Source: Kudoa neothunni (taxonomy: Eukaryota > Animalia > Cnidaria). Taken from it: DNA of 64,000 nucleotides. Each line of letters begins with the position of its first letter. The stretch's first letter is position 1. Positions 1 through 12,771 of this stretch are shown here, one piece after another. The DNA lies in contig OZ199838.1 in the NCBI GenBank assembly GCA_964304625.1, positions 10,655,637-10,719,636 on the forward strand, given 5' to 3'. Made by a program: the position numbers and the translations under genes. Below the pieces are notes generated by a model. It was not told the origin of the DNA and made no database searches. It saw only the letters and a list, made by a program, of their open reading frames with translations.

Positions 1-516
1 AAATGAATATAGTTTCAATATCAGGAATTCCGATGCAGTATAATTTTCATTTAAGAGATTATCAGAAAATTTTAATCATGTAAAAACGCGACACGCAGCT
101 TACATCCTTTTTAGAATGTGTATAGAGCCCCAAATTTTTCCTGCGTGGCAACAACTTATAATCTCAAATTATGTGTTTTATTTAAAATGACAATAAGCCT
201 TTTTTCCCTTTAATTGTATATTGAGTGTGTGAAAAGTGAATCTATATCTTAACAATTTTGGTTATGCAACGAATTTTAAGGGGAATGCAACATCACTTGT
301 AAATATGACGCTAATGACGTTATTTACCTTAAAATTACTCCAACCGGCATATACAACATTTTTAAAACATTATGTGCTATCATTAACGGAGTCTCTTTGT
401 ATATAATGAGTAAAAGTTCATTCTAATTGATTACGACCCCGAAGTAGGGTCTCTATGCGTATCACGTCAGGCGCGTGATGAACGCAAAATGCTTCATGTA
501 TCACGCATGTTAACCT

Positions 517-1013
517 GAACAATATGGCATAGTGGTGTTAGGTTGAGATCGCATATTTTGAGGTTTCGAGTTCGAGGCCTACTCCGAGCGTTCTCGTACT
601 CCTAATCCGAAATTAAATAGGAAGGCTGTGGTAATCGCAAAGATCTACGATTTATCATGGCCTTGCTTGCAACTGGGAGGGGAACCTGGCGGAAGGGTAG
701 ATCTTGAGCGTTCATAAATGGCCGGGTAGAGGGACGAAATAAACCCAGTAGGGGTGGGAGGTTTCCGTAGAGCCGACGCCCGCATTCGGACGACTTTCTA
801 AGACTAATTCTGGGTTAGTCCAGGGTATGGTTGGTGGTGGTTGCCCCGAAACGAAGATGTTTAATGGGTTAAAATCCCACACTACTGCATAAACGTAAGT
901 AAACTTAATATGACGCTGCGGTTCCTAAAGCGTAATTGGAGAAGGCCTGACCGGTCCGAACTTCATATCGTAATAAGTTGCGTCAGGGGTTTTACCTAAT
1001 AAACAAAAAAAAA
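517..1013 (+). mobile_element. Putative tRNA-derived SINE with structured GC-rich body and A-rich tail
   Basis: Pol III A box TGGCATAGTGG (525-535) and B box GTTCGAGGC (570-578); GC-rich island in AT-rich flanks; several stems; AATAAACAAAAAAAAA tail (998-1013). No clear TSD; 5' end approximate. Confidence 0.6.
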
Positions 1014-1610
1014 GTTAGACCAGGGCTTCCCGATCGGGGGTTCTCGGACCTAGAGTTAATGAAAAAACTGTACGCTTAAGCATGCTTTGTACATGATGTA
1101 TCTATTCTAAATAAGCAGAATCTCTTTCTAAAATATATCATATGCGATTCGTGCGTAATCGAAGCTGAAATAATTCTGATAAACAAATAATTATTTGATG
1201 AATGTTAAGGAAAATTAATTCATGTTTTTAACCCTCTAACGGGCTTAGGGTCTTTTAGACCTCAAGACGATTTTAATTTGTCCATAGAATACTTTATAAT
1301 TACCTGGGATACTTAAAATTTCATCTATTCTCCTAAATTATTTTAATAAATAGATTTATAAAAATCTTTATGTGGAATATTGATTATTTCTTATCGAACA
1401 AAATTTTTATCTTCCAACGGGCTTTGGGGTAAAAAAGACCCCAGATTTTTTTTGATTTGATGTATGTAGAAAATTATTATAAGATGATTTGGAAATTTAA
1501 AAAAAAATCTGCCTAATAAATACTGTCAAATTCAGCAATTATTAATCAATATAATCCGCTGTAATCCGGTTAAGTATGTAATCGCAACATATCGTAACCA
1601 TCGTTTATAT

Positions 1611-2210
1611 CAGGGGTCGGCAACCCTATTAGGTTGCCGGGCCGGATAGTCATGTAAAACTAGGAGGCAGGCCAGAATATATTTAAATCCAGTAGAAGTA
1701 ATAAATTTTTCACAATACAATTGAAAATTGGATTAGTAAATTTATATTTTGACATTTAAAAGAATATATTTTTATTTTAACGAGAAAAAAACAACGAAAG
1801 TGAATGTTCGATATTTTTATGAGGGAATTACTAGTTTTATACAATTTTTTATTTCATAATTTACCTGATATTTTTGAGGTTGAATTTAAACGTTTATATA
1901 TTCAAATTATGGTTCTAAATCGTAAAGAGCAATAATTAAACGTTTTCATTAGCTACAATAAAACTAATATCGTACAATCAGTAACAATAGGTAAGAAATT
2001 CGCTAGGGGAAAAATTTTAATCTTTATTTTTTTAAGTATTTTTATGTTTAAAAAAAGGGAATAATACTTAAGTAACAGTTCACATTGCTATTAAGCTTAT
2101 TTATATGCTGAACAGATCGACATTAAAAGTTAGGGAAATTGTATAAGCACCGTAAAAAAAATTAACTTTATCAATGACATCCCTTGCGGGCCGGTCGTTG
2201 CCGACCTCTG
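1611..2210. mobile_element. hAT-type MITE inside the piggyBac left arm
   Basis: TIRs CAGGGGTCGGCAAC / GTTGCCGACCTCTG; 8-bp TSD GTTTATAT (1603-1610) / GTCTATAT (2211-2218). Confidence 0.88.
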
Positions 2211-2402
2211 GTCTATATGAATACCGCAAGGTCAATGTTTATTAGCTAAATACAAACAAAATTAACATATTACCCACATGTGCTAGCAATAAACAATCCC
2301 CTACAAAATATGATATAGATAATTTAAGCCTTAGGACCGTATATGAGAGTTAACGCGAAATATACACCAATTTTATCGTTTGTTGCGCACATTGAGATAA
2401 TC

Positions 2403-3991
2403 ATGGCACCATCTGAGGATTTTAGCGATGAATAACAACCTTTAAGTAGCGATATTGATGAAACCGTTCTTGAATATTCCGAAGAATCCGATGATACATC
2501 AGATTGCGAACATCTGCGGATTCTACGACAAGCAAAAGCGGAATACTTTGGACATTGAATAAGCCACCTCCATCAAAAATGCTGAAGGAGGATATCATGA
2601 ATCCTCGTCCTGGGCCAACAGCTTATTGCATACAAAGAGTCAAAAACGTGTTGGACTGTTTTTTTATATTCTTCACTGATGAAATTTGCCAGGAAATAAT
2701 AAAACAAACAAACATTCACGGGAAATTACACCTTTCTGATTTATGGAATGATTTAGACGACGTTGAATTAAGAGGATTTTTCGGAACACTAATTTTGATA
2801 GCTGTCTACAAAGACAGAGAGCAACCTCTTTTAGAAATGTTTAGTATAAAGGAAGGGAGAGAGATGTATCGCGAAATCTTTTCATTTAATCGTTTTCGCC
2901 AAATTCTACGATGTATTCACTTTGACAATCCAAGCACCAGATCTGAAAGAAGAGAATTGGATAAATTTTGTCCAATTCGCAACATATGGAACATGTGGAT
3001 CCAGACTCTACCTATATGTTTTTTCCCCGGTGAAAATGTTACCGTTGACGAGCAGTTAGTCTCGTTTAGAGGAAGATGCTCATTTAGACAATATATGCCG
3101 ATGAAGCCGGCGAAATATGGCCTAAAGTTTTTCCTAGCTGTTGATCCAGTCCATAAATATGTTGTAAACATTTCTCCCTATCTAGGAAAGAACGGAACTC
3201 AAGCTAGCCAAAACTATGGTGTTGGTGAGAATATTGTGCTTTCCCTTACAGCTCCCTTGTATAACTCAGGAAGAACTATGGTTGCAGATAATTTTTTCTC
3301 TTCCCTTAGACTAGCCGAGAAGCTGTTAGACAAAAGTCTGACATATCTTGGAACAATTCGACACAATAAGAGAGATTTACCACCGTGTGTTCTTCCGTCT
3401 AGAAATCGATCCTTATTCAGCACTATGTTTACATTTTTTGATAAATATATGATCACTTTATATGTCAACAAAAGAAGAAGAGCAGTGATTCTCCTATCCT
3501 CAGGAACAACCAACACCAACATAACCAACGATACACATAAACAAAAGCCTGAAACAATAGTGGATTATAATGGTTCCAAAGGAGGAGTAGATACCGTGGA
3601 TTGGATGTTGGCTTCCGTCTCGGTCCGCAGATTTAATCGACGCTGGCCCATGGTGGTCTTTTATAATATGTTGGATTTGACTTTGATAAATTCATTTTGT
3701 CTATATAAACATATATTTAACGATTCCACAAAATTGAGACGTGATTTTCTGAAAGAAATGGCTGGAGAGTTGTATAAATCTCTTTTGGAGAGAAATTCCC
3801 AAATGAAAAAATGTTTAAAAAGATCTCATCCAACTTCTATGGAAACATACAACTTTGCAGATTCAAATACTTCTAAACGAAGATGTGAACATTGTCCTCG
3901 TGAAAACGATAAGGAAACCTCACCCAAATGCTCAAAATGTAGAAGTTTCTATTGTCGCGCCCATTCGTCAAATAAATGTCTAAATTGCTAG
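2403..3991 (+). pseudogene. piggyBac (PGBD4-like) transposase, core intact, N-terminus disrupted
   Basis: DDD motifs VTVDEQL, VADNFFSS, KGGVDTVD; C-terminal Cys-rich domain; acidic N-terminus from ATG 2403 (MAPSEDFSDE*QP...) has an in-frame TAA and is out of frame with the 2504-3991 ORF. Confidence 0.88.
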
Positions 3992-5659
3992 CTATTAAAA
4001 ACCAAATTTATTGTGGATCCTTGAAAATATTTTATCTTTTATTTTTTGCTAAAATGTTATTTTTCATTATTTCAAATAAGACTAAACATATTATACGTTA
4101 TAACAACGATTTATCGCGATATCTGCTTAATCTTGCCGAGGAGGATTACTGAAGATTAATTATGAAGTAATTGATTATTTTCTCAGCGTTACTTAGGCAG
4201 AATTTTCCCATATTTCCCTCATAAGTTTATAATAATTTTCCGCATACATTAAATTTAAAAAAATCTGGGGTCTTTTTTACCCCAAAGCTCGTTGGAGGGT
4301 TAATCTACTATTTTGAATTTATTAGTAAATGAAATAAAAATGATAAGTTATATCTTTTTCATTCGTAAATAAATTATGAAATATTTACTTATTATTGTGG
4401 AATATAAACTATTTACAAAGTATTTTAAAAAGGGTTGTATTATTAAAAATTGTATTATTTATTTTTTTCAGAAAACGACAAGGCGAGTAAGAATTAAACT
4501 TTAATTAGCGTCAAGCTTATGTAATTTAAATTTTTGTTCAATTGTTTAAAATTTTTATATTTCAAATTAGAATCAATTTACACTCAAAAATTATATAAAG
4601 TGAAACTTTGCACAACAATTTTAACATATCCAGTTCATTTACAAATTATGATTGATTCATATCTTTATCTGACAAAAAGCTCTATTTTATTCTAATTATT
4701 GTCCAAAAAAGACAAGAACGAATTCAAAACATTTAATTTATTATCAGTTTTATTTATTTTATTCACATTTTTTTTCTTGTTACAGTGGACGACTTTGTTC
4801 TATTTAATGTAATTCTGATAAAAATATATTCCTCATATAAAAATAAATCTATTTTAAATCTCTTTTTCGAGAAAGGTCCGGAGTTGTCCTCTTAAGTGGC
4901 AGGGGTACGGAAACTAAAATGAATCACGAAGCGCTGTGTTAGACTATTCAAAATTTCAAATAAACAATTTATTTATGATCGAAAAAGTAATCCAATGTCA
5001 TTTTTATTTCATATACTAATACGTGAAATATAATAAGTTGAAAATGTAAATTAATTTTCGGTTAAATTCATCAAATGATTATTTGTTTATCAAACTTATT
5101 TCATTTTCGATTGTGCACGAATCGCACATGATATATTTTAGAGAGAGATTCTGATTATTTACAATGCAATCTCGCCAGTACAATTTTTTCGTTGACTAAA
5201 GCTGTGAATCTCGGACCCCTTTGGGGTCCGATAACCACCAATTATGAAGCAATAATTTGGAGGAAACAAACAAAAATTAAAGTTGACGTATAATGACATA
5301 ATAAAACCTTCGGAATTAACTAATAGCTTTCAGAAAATTACTTACAGGATCTCTCATCTAAACTCGACATTTTTGCAGATAAACACAGCACGTTCGCAAT
5401 TGAGCTCAACATCTCGACATTAACATTCATACATATTTTACATCTCACATTAACTAAAAAATTTGTTTTGTTAAAACATTTCCATAAAATTACGAAATGT
5501 AATTCATTAGATGAACCCTAACAACAAGAATCATATCTGTGACTCTGAGAGCTCTATATCAGATAATAACAAAATTTCTGATCTACAAACTCATAACTAA
5601 TGCAGCTCTAAAAAAACTCTTCCGGTCTGAGAAAACAAGTGTATAATTATTTTACGAAT

Positions 5660-6065
5660 GGAATAAATGACTTTTCCCGAAATTTTTCTACCAAGATCTA
5701 TCGTTGGGTACATATTGTCAAAATTTCACCAAACTGGAACACTTAATCCACAATTTAGAGGCGGAGGAAAACCTTCACGCCTTTCTCCTGGTCGGGCAGA
5801 AACTATTTAATTAAGTGAATGAATACTGTGAAATTATATGTAATGAACTCAAGCAGAAAGTTTGCGATGTGTATGATATGATAGAAAAATATTTGGCAAG
5901 TTTCACTACACTCTAAAATGTCTTGTGAGGGTCCCAGGGAAATGAACTTGTTTGACAACGATTTAAAAGAGGACTGAATATTCTGAGATATTCAGAGAAC
6001 TGTAAAAGAATGTTCACGATGAAAGTACTGAATTTCTTGGCATTCGATTTTTCAGTGGTCACTAG
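5660..6065 (+). pseudogene. Tc1/IS630-like transposase remnant (DNA-binding region to start of catalytic domain)
   Basis: Translates LPRSIVGYILSKFHQTGTLNPQFRGGGKPSRLS and FHYTLKCLVRVP...KRTEYSEIFREL with stops and frameshifts. Confidence 0.6.
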
Positions 6066-6219
6066 GTGTGGTCAAAAATTGATTGATTGTAGTCGACTTT
6101 ATAAATTCAATAATTGATTGTGGTGTGCGCAATTAACTGAAATTATGACTTTTTACAAAAAAAATTTCTAATAAAGTATAGTCTGAATCGAAACTTCAGT
6201 TCTACTGAGGATATTTACT

Positions 6220-6890
6220 TATATGAGACTTGTCCAGAAAAATGATACCAGATGTTCCAGCAGAGTTGGAATTGTTGGCAGATGCGAAAAGATAAAGTGT
6301 TATTTTGCTCAACTCGCCTTTATCTATGAAAAAAATATGATAGATTATCTTTTAACGCCAAGAGAATATTTACAAATTTCTGAGATGTTGCTATGTAAAA
6401 GAGTTCAATTCAATAACTTGGGTTCTGCAAAAAAATGATATTTCTATAACAGACACAAGATATTTGTTCGGCAAAGTTATTGAAGAATATCCAATACTGA
6501 ATGTACTTCCGTGTAAAAATACAAATATTATACACTAAAAGAATTTTGAAAATGGCTCTTTAAAAATTTGAAAGGATAATAACGATGAATTAACTTCTGA
6601 AGTGAAACATTCTGTGTTCAATCTGAAATTGTCCGAATAAATTTCAATAAAAGAAAATGACTCTTATTAAATCCGCTTATATTGCTTTCAATGCCCAAGA
6701 AAACTAAAATTAGGAAATGCAATTGAAATTCCTCGTTATATGGGCACAAGACTTATTCTATCATCCTCTAATCTGGTTGGAAGATTATTAAGCTACGCTG
6801 GTTATACCTTTGACGATCTCTGCCAAAATTAATCACTCATAAATCGAGAAATGCAAATATTTCTGAGAACATATAAAAGATTATGTGGCA
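6220..6890 (+). pseudogene. hAT transposase remnant (C-terminal half)
   Basis: KNDTRCSS (TRWxS-like), IIH*KNFENG, and ILSSSNLVGRLLSYAG resembling the hAT dimerisation motif PxSxxxERxFS; many stops. Confidence 0.6.
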
Positions 6891-7415
6891 ATAAAATTGT
6901 ATAGAACGTTTTTTCATTAAATTTACAGTTTTTTGTTAATTCCTCTCTATTTTATCGTTTTGTTGTAATTAGTTTGTGCTATATCTTGTGTGCCAAAATT
7001 TATTATTTATATTGGCTTTTTTATCCTTTATTTAAAAAATAAACAAAACGATAGACAGAAAAAAACATTTGTTTAATTTTATTTCAATTTACATCCGATT
7101 ATGTGGTTTCAAGAAACGTCAAGGTACGCATTTCGTAACGTATTTCAAAAATTAAATTCATTCTAATTTTTTCATTTTTTGTTCACAAGATTCTCATACA
7201 TTTTTCTTAAGAATCAATTTAGTCGCGAATAAAGCTTCGGTGTATCTCGATCCGACATGAATTGAAACCGAATGGATTATATCGGCTATACTTACATTAA
7301 TACACATTTAAAGTATTTTGTAAACAAAGCATATCAAATTAGAATTAAGTAATTTTTTGTGTTTTAAAAATATGAAATGACGAAAGTATTTTCTTTAGCC
7401 AACAATACATTAATC

Positions 7416-7565
7416 TGTCGTGACTCAAGTCACGATTAAATAAACATTTATCAGTAAACAAAATTATTTACATATTTAACAATAGGCATTTGCCGATTGA
7501 GGTCGACAAAAATTTAAACCGTTGGTTTTTTTGCGCACAAAAAAATGAACTAAAAAATCGCTACA
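7416..7565 (+). repeat. 5' LTR (150 bp)
   Basis: TGTCGTGAC...CGCTACA; direct repeat of 12748-12898 with about 4 substitutions and 1 indel. Confidence 0.97.
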
Positions 7566-7580
7566 TGGTGTCGAAACCCG
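7566..7580 (+). promoter_or_regulatory. Primer-binding site, probably tRNA-Phe
   Basis: TGGTGTCGAAACCCG abuts the LTR; one G-U-type difference from TGGTGCCGAAACCCG, the complement of the metazoan tRNA-Phe 3' end as I recall it. Confidence 0.75.
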
Positions 7581-7868
7581 ATCCTCAAGAAACTGAGGAC
7601 ACATATTAACAATCCCAACTAGACAGAAAACTAGAAAACCTGGGAAAACTAATCGAAAAGGGTGACCAGCTACTAACAAACAACACGCCAAACACCACCC
7701 AAAACCAAAGAGACGTGATATGCATCTCCAGGAAGATTGAAAGCAACATTATTTCAATCGAGAACACAATGGAGAAACTATATCTTCTAAACCCAAGCTT
7801 TGCCCAAAAACCCAGGCAGACGTGGAGGATTTAATCGAAAGCTCCAGAGATTTAAAAATTGAGCTGGA

Positions 7869-10800
7869 ATGCCTTTGTATGGATTACGAAGTAAACAAAC
7901 AAATCCTGCCTTCTTGTCATGCGACAACTCCACTAATATCGAACCCGCCATGAACCAATCAGCACATTTTTCCAATGCACCTGTTCCAAAACTACAACTC
8001 CCCAAGTTTCACGGCAATATTCTGACATGGCCCGAATTTTGGGAGGCTTTTGAATCTAATATTCACGTAAACAACCAGATTAACAATGTTTCAAAATTCT
8101 GGTACCTCAAAAGCCTGCTAGAAGATGAAGCAAAAGAATGTATCGATGGTCTTTTGGTAACTGACACCAATTACACTGAAGCAATTCATATACTGAAAAC
8201 CAGATATGAAAATCGGGCTGCAGTAATAAACAACCATTACCTACAAACAAACAAGATTCAACCGGCTACAAACAATACGATATCATTAAAATCAACATTG
8301 AACATGTTGGTCAAACACATACTATCGTTAGAATCTCTTGGAGAAAAAGTACATTCGCAACAATTTGTTACATTAATCCTTAGCAAAATGCCATTGGAGA
8401 TTGCCAACTCAATATTCTTGCTACACCACGATATTGAAATTAATCTCTCCAATGTTAGAGATGAAATTCACAAAATCATCTTGGCAAAGGAGACATCCGA
8501 ACTTCGTTGTTCTACCAAAGAAAATATATCTCATCCGAGAAACTCATCCTCACTTGTTATGAATAGCAACTATGGTAATTGGAAAAGATCATGCATCTTT
8601 TGCAAAAATCACCATTGGTCTGATGAATGCCAAAAATTCCCCACTTTGGAAGAGAGATTAGATTTGATCAAAAACAATTGTCACATTTGTTTACGAGATA
8701 ATCATTCAGCAAAAAATTGCAAGAGAACAAAACCATGTTTCTACTGCAAAAAGGTCAAAACTCATCATTCTAGTCTGTGTGACCAAAAATTTTCAACCCA
8801 AAATAATTCAACCACCCTGTTAACCAAATCGGAAAATGCACGTTTACACATAGTGCAAGTTTTAGTTAATAATCCTCAACATCCAGTGATAACCTTAAAA
8901 GCCAACGCACTTCTTGATACTGGAAGTGAGAGGTCTTTCATAACCGAGGATCTGTCTAACAAACTAAAGTTAACGAACCAAGAAAGAGACAATCTTCAAA
9001 TAAATACTTTTGGTTCACCATCTCACAAACGGATTCAAAGCAAAATCGTAGAATTGTTGCTCGACACAGAGGAAGGAAAAATGAAATTGGTAGCCAACTC
9101 AACAAAACACATCACCAATCCCGTAATGCATTAACCCATTCCTGACAATATCAAAATGAAAATACAACAAATGAATATTGATAACCTAAATGAAACGGGT
9201 ATCAAACACATTGATATATTAATTGGTTTGGACTATTTTTATGAAATATTTAAATCCGTCAAACAAAAGATTCAATCAGGACTTTACACCGTTGATACTA
9301 CGATTGGGCAGCTAGTCGTTGGTGGAATCGAAGCTATCAACTCAAAAATGGTTCAACCAGCAACAATAACTCTATGTACAGTCGATCACACTGAGGAAAA
9401 CGATATCCTGTTCGACCACAAAAACGAAACTGATGACTCAGTTGAAAAACTATGGGCAATGCGACACATGGTGACGAGAACATGGATCTCATTCAAAATT
9501 TCAACAGAAGTGTGGCAAAAGTCGACAATCGATACGTAGTATCTTTACCTTGGAAGGTCCACGGTAAAGATCTGCCCACAAATTACCATTTGGCTAGAGG
9601 AAGACTGAAGAGTTTGATAAAAAGGATAAGTTGCGACAAATCGCTAATAAAAGAATATAATAAAATATTCGTAGCCCAAATGAAACATGATGTAATTGAG
9701 AAAATTACCGACGAACAACCTACAAAAGATAAGTGCCACTACATTCCTCACCATTTTGTTACATCAAATAGTTCCACAACAAAACTCCGTATTGTTTTTG
9801 ATGCGTCAGCCAAAACAACCAAAGAAAATCTAAGCTTAAATGAATGCCTACACAAAGGTCCTGTCATGATAGAGGATCTTTGTGGAATTTTGATGCGGTT
9901 CCGACTCAAAAAAGTGGCGGTAACGGCCGACATCGAAAAGGCGTATCATCAGCTCGTCATTTCTCCCAAGGATCGAGATTACACTCGATTTTTATGGCTA
10001 AATGATATAAATTCTCCAACCCTAACAAACAATTTGGCAACATTTAGATTCAAGAGAATCCCATTCGGTATTATCTCCTCACCCTTTCTTCTCCAATCCA
10101 CAATATCGTACCATCTCAACCAATACTCTGACCAAATATCCGATGAAATAAACAAATCAATATATGTAGACAATTTACTACATTGTTTCCACAATCCGAG
10201 TGCAGCCTTCAACGCTTACAACACAATAAAAAAGATGTTTTCGGATGCCTCATTCAACATGAGAGAATGGAACACTAATTCCAAAGAATTACATGCACAA
10301 TTCGATCAAAACGATAGTATAACAGTCAAAATTCTTGGAGTAATTTGGGATACAAACAACGATACTATCAAAATTAAATCACCCAATCTAAATGACAGGA
10401 AACATGTTGTATCAAAAAGAAATGTCTTAGAAGACATCTAGAATATATGACCCCTTAGGATTACTTTCTCCTATCACACTTAAGGGGAAAGTGTTCCTAC
10501 AACAATTATGGAGAGAAAGGAGAGATTGGGATAGCTGCCTGAATGAAATAAAAATTAAAAAATGGAATAAGATCGCATCCGAACTCAACCAAATTGATCA
10601 AATACAAACTTCAAGAACATTTCCTGTAATTGTGCCAACAGCCGACGATACACTCAAATTGGTATGCTTTTGCGATGCTTCGCAATACGCATACGCTTGT
10701 GTCATGTACCTGGTTATTTGCAACAAAGATAAAAAGGACTCCCTTCTAATTTTTGCGAAGTGTAGACTTGCACCAATCAAAATCCTCACAATTCCTAAAT

Positions 10801-12771
10801 TAGAATTAATGGGAGCACAACTTGGATCAAAAATGATCAAATATGTTTGCGAACAATTGAAAACAACAATTTCGGAAAAGCACATATTATGTGATTCAAA
10901 ATGTGTGCTCCACTGGATCCAAAATCAGAGCTCCCCCTCAACATTCGCAAGAAATAGAATAAAGGATATTACCGAGGACAAAGAAATTATTTGGAGTCAC
11001 GTTAGATCTGCCGAAAACCCGGCTGATTTAGCTACCAGAGGAATATCAACAGATGATATGAATTCCGTGAAATTTTGGTTCGAAGGACCAGATTTCATAA
11101 CCAGGAATTATAATGAATTTGCCAGTTGAAAATTTCTCCATTAATGAACAACAATTGAAACAATTTCCAACACGAATCACCTCCGCACTTCCGTCGAACG
11201 ATAGCAGAATAACAAACAATTGTGAAATGTTGAATATCGGAATTGATGTGAAACGATTTTCTGATTTCCACACGTTAGTAAGAACAGTGGCATGGTGTAT
11301 TCGTTTCATTTCCCATTCAATGAAGCGCTACGCTTTGTCTGCAAAACTAACTCATGCCGAGTTAAACGCCGCGAAACTATTACTAATAAAAAGCCTTCAA
11401 GAGACACACTTAAAGAAACAAATTGAGGCCATCAACAACAACACAAAAGATAATATATGTTCAAACTACGGACTGTTCATTGATCCCAATAGTTTTCTGA
11501 GATGTGGTGGAAGACTGAAAAATATAAACTCATCCGCGAATACAATACATCCCTTATTCCTCCCCAAAAATAGTCATCTAACAAATCTCATCATTCTACA
11601 AATGCATTGTCTAGGAGGCCATTGTGGTAAAAACGCGACTCTTACACGATTCATCCATACATACTGGACACAACATTCTAGAACAACCATATCAAAAGCG
11701 ATCAGACAGTGCAACCATTGCAACAAGATTAAACAAGTACCATTCAAACTATCCGATTTTCCACCATTACCTGCATTTAGAACTCAACAAGATGCACCTT
11801 TCTCTTACGCGGGAGTGGACTACGCTGGTCCATTCATTGTATATAATGACAATCAAGAAAGGAAAGTTTGGATATGTGTGTTCACATGCGCTATCGTGCG
11901 AGCTGTTCATCTAGAGCCAACAGTTACGTTGTGCGGTGAAAGCTTTCTAAATTGTCTGAGAAGGTTCATCAGCAGAAGAGGTACACCTAAGATGATGATA
12001 TCTGATAATGCCAAAAATTTTAAAATAATGTCTAAAATCCTCTCCAAATTACAAAAGAACAAAGATCTTACACCATCGAACTTGGAAAATTATTGTGACA
12101 AAAGGAACATTGAATGGAAATTTATCGTTGAATTTGCTCCTTGGATGGGTGGCTTTTATGAAAGGATGATTGGACTAATTAAATCATCATTAAAAAAGAC
12201 ATTAGAGCCTAAAAAATACAACATGGACCAATTTCATACATTAATTGTCGAAACTGAGCACATTATCAACATGAGGCCGCTCACTTACATTTCTTCCGAA
12301 GATCTAGAAAGGCCATTGGTACCAGCTGATTTCCTCTGTCTAAATCCGAGACACATTAACCTAGAGAATGTAGACAACACCGATGATGATTTCACCTTAA
12401 AAAGCAATACCACTCATAAATCATTGATTGAAACATGGAAAAATGGACACAATATACTTAACGAATTTTGGAGATCATGGAAAAATGGATATCTTCTCAA
12501 TCTACGAACAAGATATCAAACAAAACACATTCAAAACAAATCAACTGCACTGTTTGAGCCCCGAGTAGGTGATATGGTTCACATACAAGAACCCTCAATA
12601 AAAAATCATTGGAAATTGGCGAAGATTAAACACTTAAATCGAAACGAAAATAATCAAATTATCTACGCCACATTACAACTTCCCCACAACAAAACCATCA
12701 ATCGATCGATCAAACATCTATACCACTTAGAAATAATCCCGGGGGAGTGTCGTGACTCAAGTCACGATTAA
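7869..12771 (+). pseudogene. BEL/Pao gag-pol polyprotein broken into five ORF pieces
   Basis: DUF1759-like LPKFHG..WPEFWEAF, three CCHC knuckles, protease LLDTGS, RT YVDN, RNase H FCDAS, integrase GVDYAGP/SDNA/GGFYERM; in-frame TAA 9132-9134 and frameshifts near 9455, 10440, 11115. Confidence 0.95.

Larger units (their letters stand above)
1232..4299 (+). mobile_element. piggyBac DNA transposon
   Basis: TTAA at 1228-1231 and 4300-4303; termini CCCTCTAACGGGCTTAGGG and reverse complement CCCTCCAACGAGCTTTGGG; encloses a transposase ORF. Confidence 0.93.
1021..5254. mobile_element. hAT-like element with ~200-bp inverted arms (1021-1227 and ~5041-5254), interrupted by the piggyBac
   Basis: 1109-1227 aligns by eye to the reverse complement of 5041-5160 (AAATAAGCAGAATCTCTTTCTAAAATATATCA... 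vs AAATAATCAGAATCTCTCTCTAAAATATATCA...); left end CAGGGCTTCC resembles hAT MITE termini. Could instead be two opposed copies. Confidence 0.5.

Noticed and set aside
619-890. RNase P RNA (GGAAGGCTGTGG and CCACACTACT as P4)
   Set aside because: CR-V ACnnnA is absent, other conserved regions cannot be placed, and the tRNA-type head with A tail favours a SINE; my pattern was permissive enough to match elsewhere too.
731-958. Type II hammerhead (GGACGAAA ... CTGACCGGTCC)
   Set aside because: Core reads CUGACCG rather than CUGANGA; stems I and III not evident.
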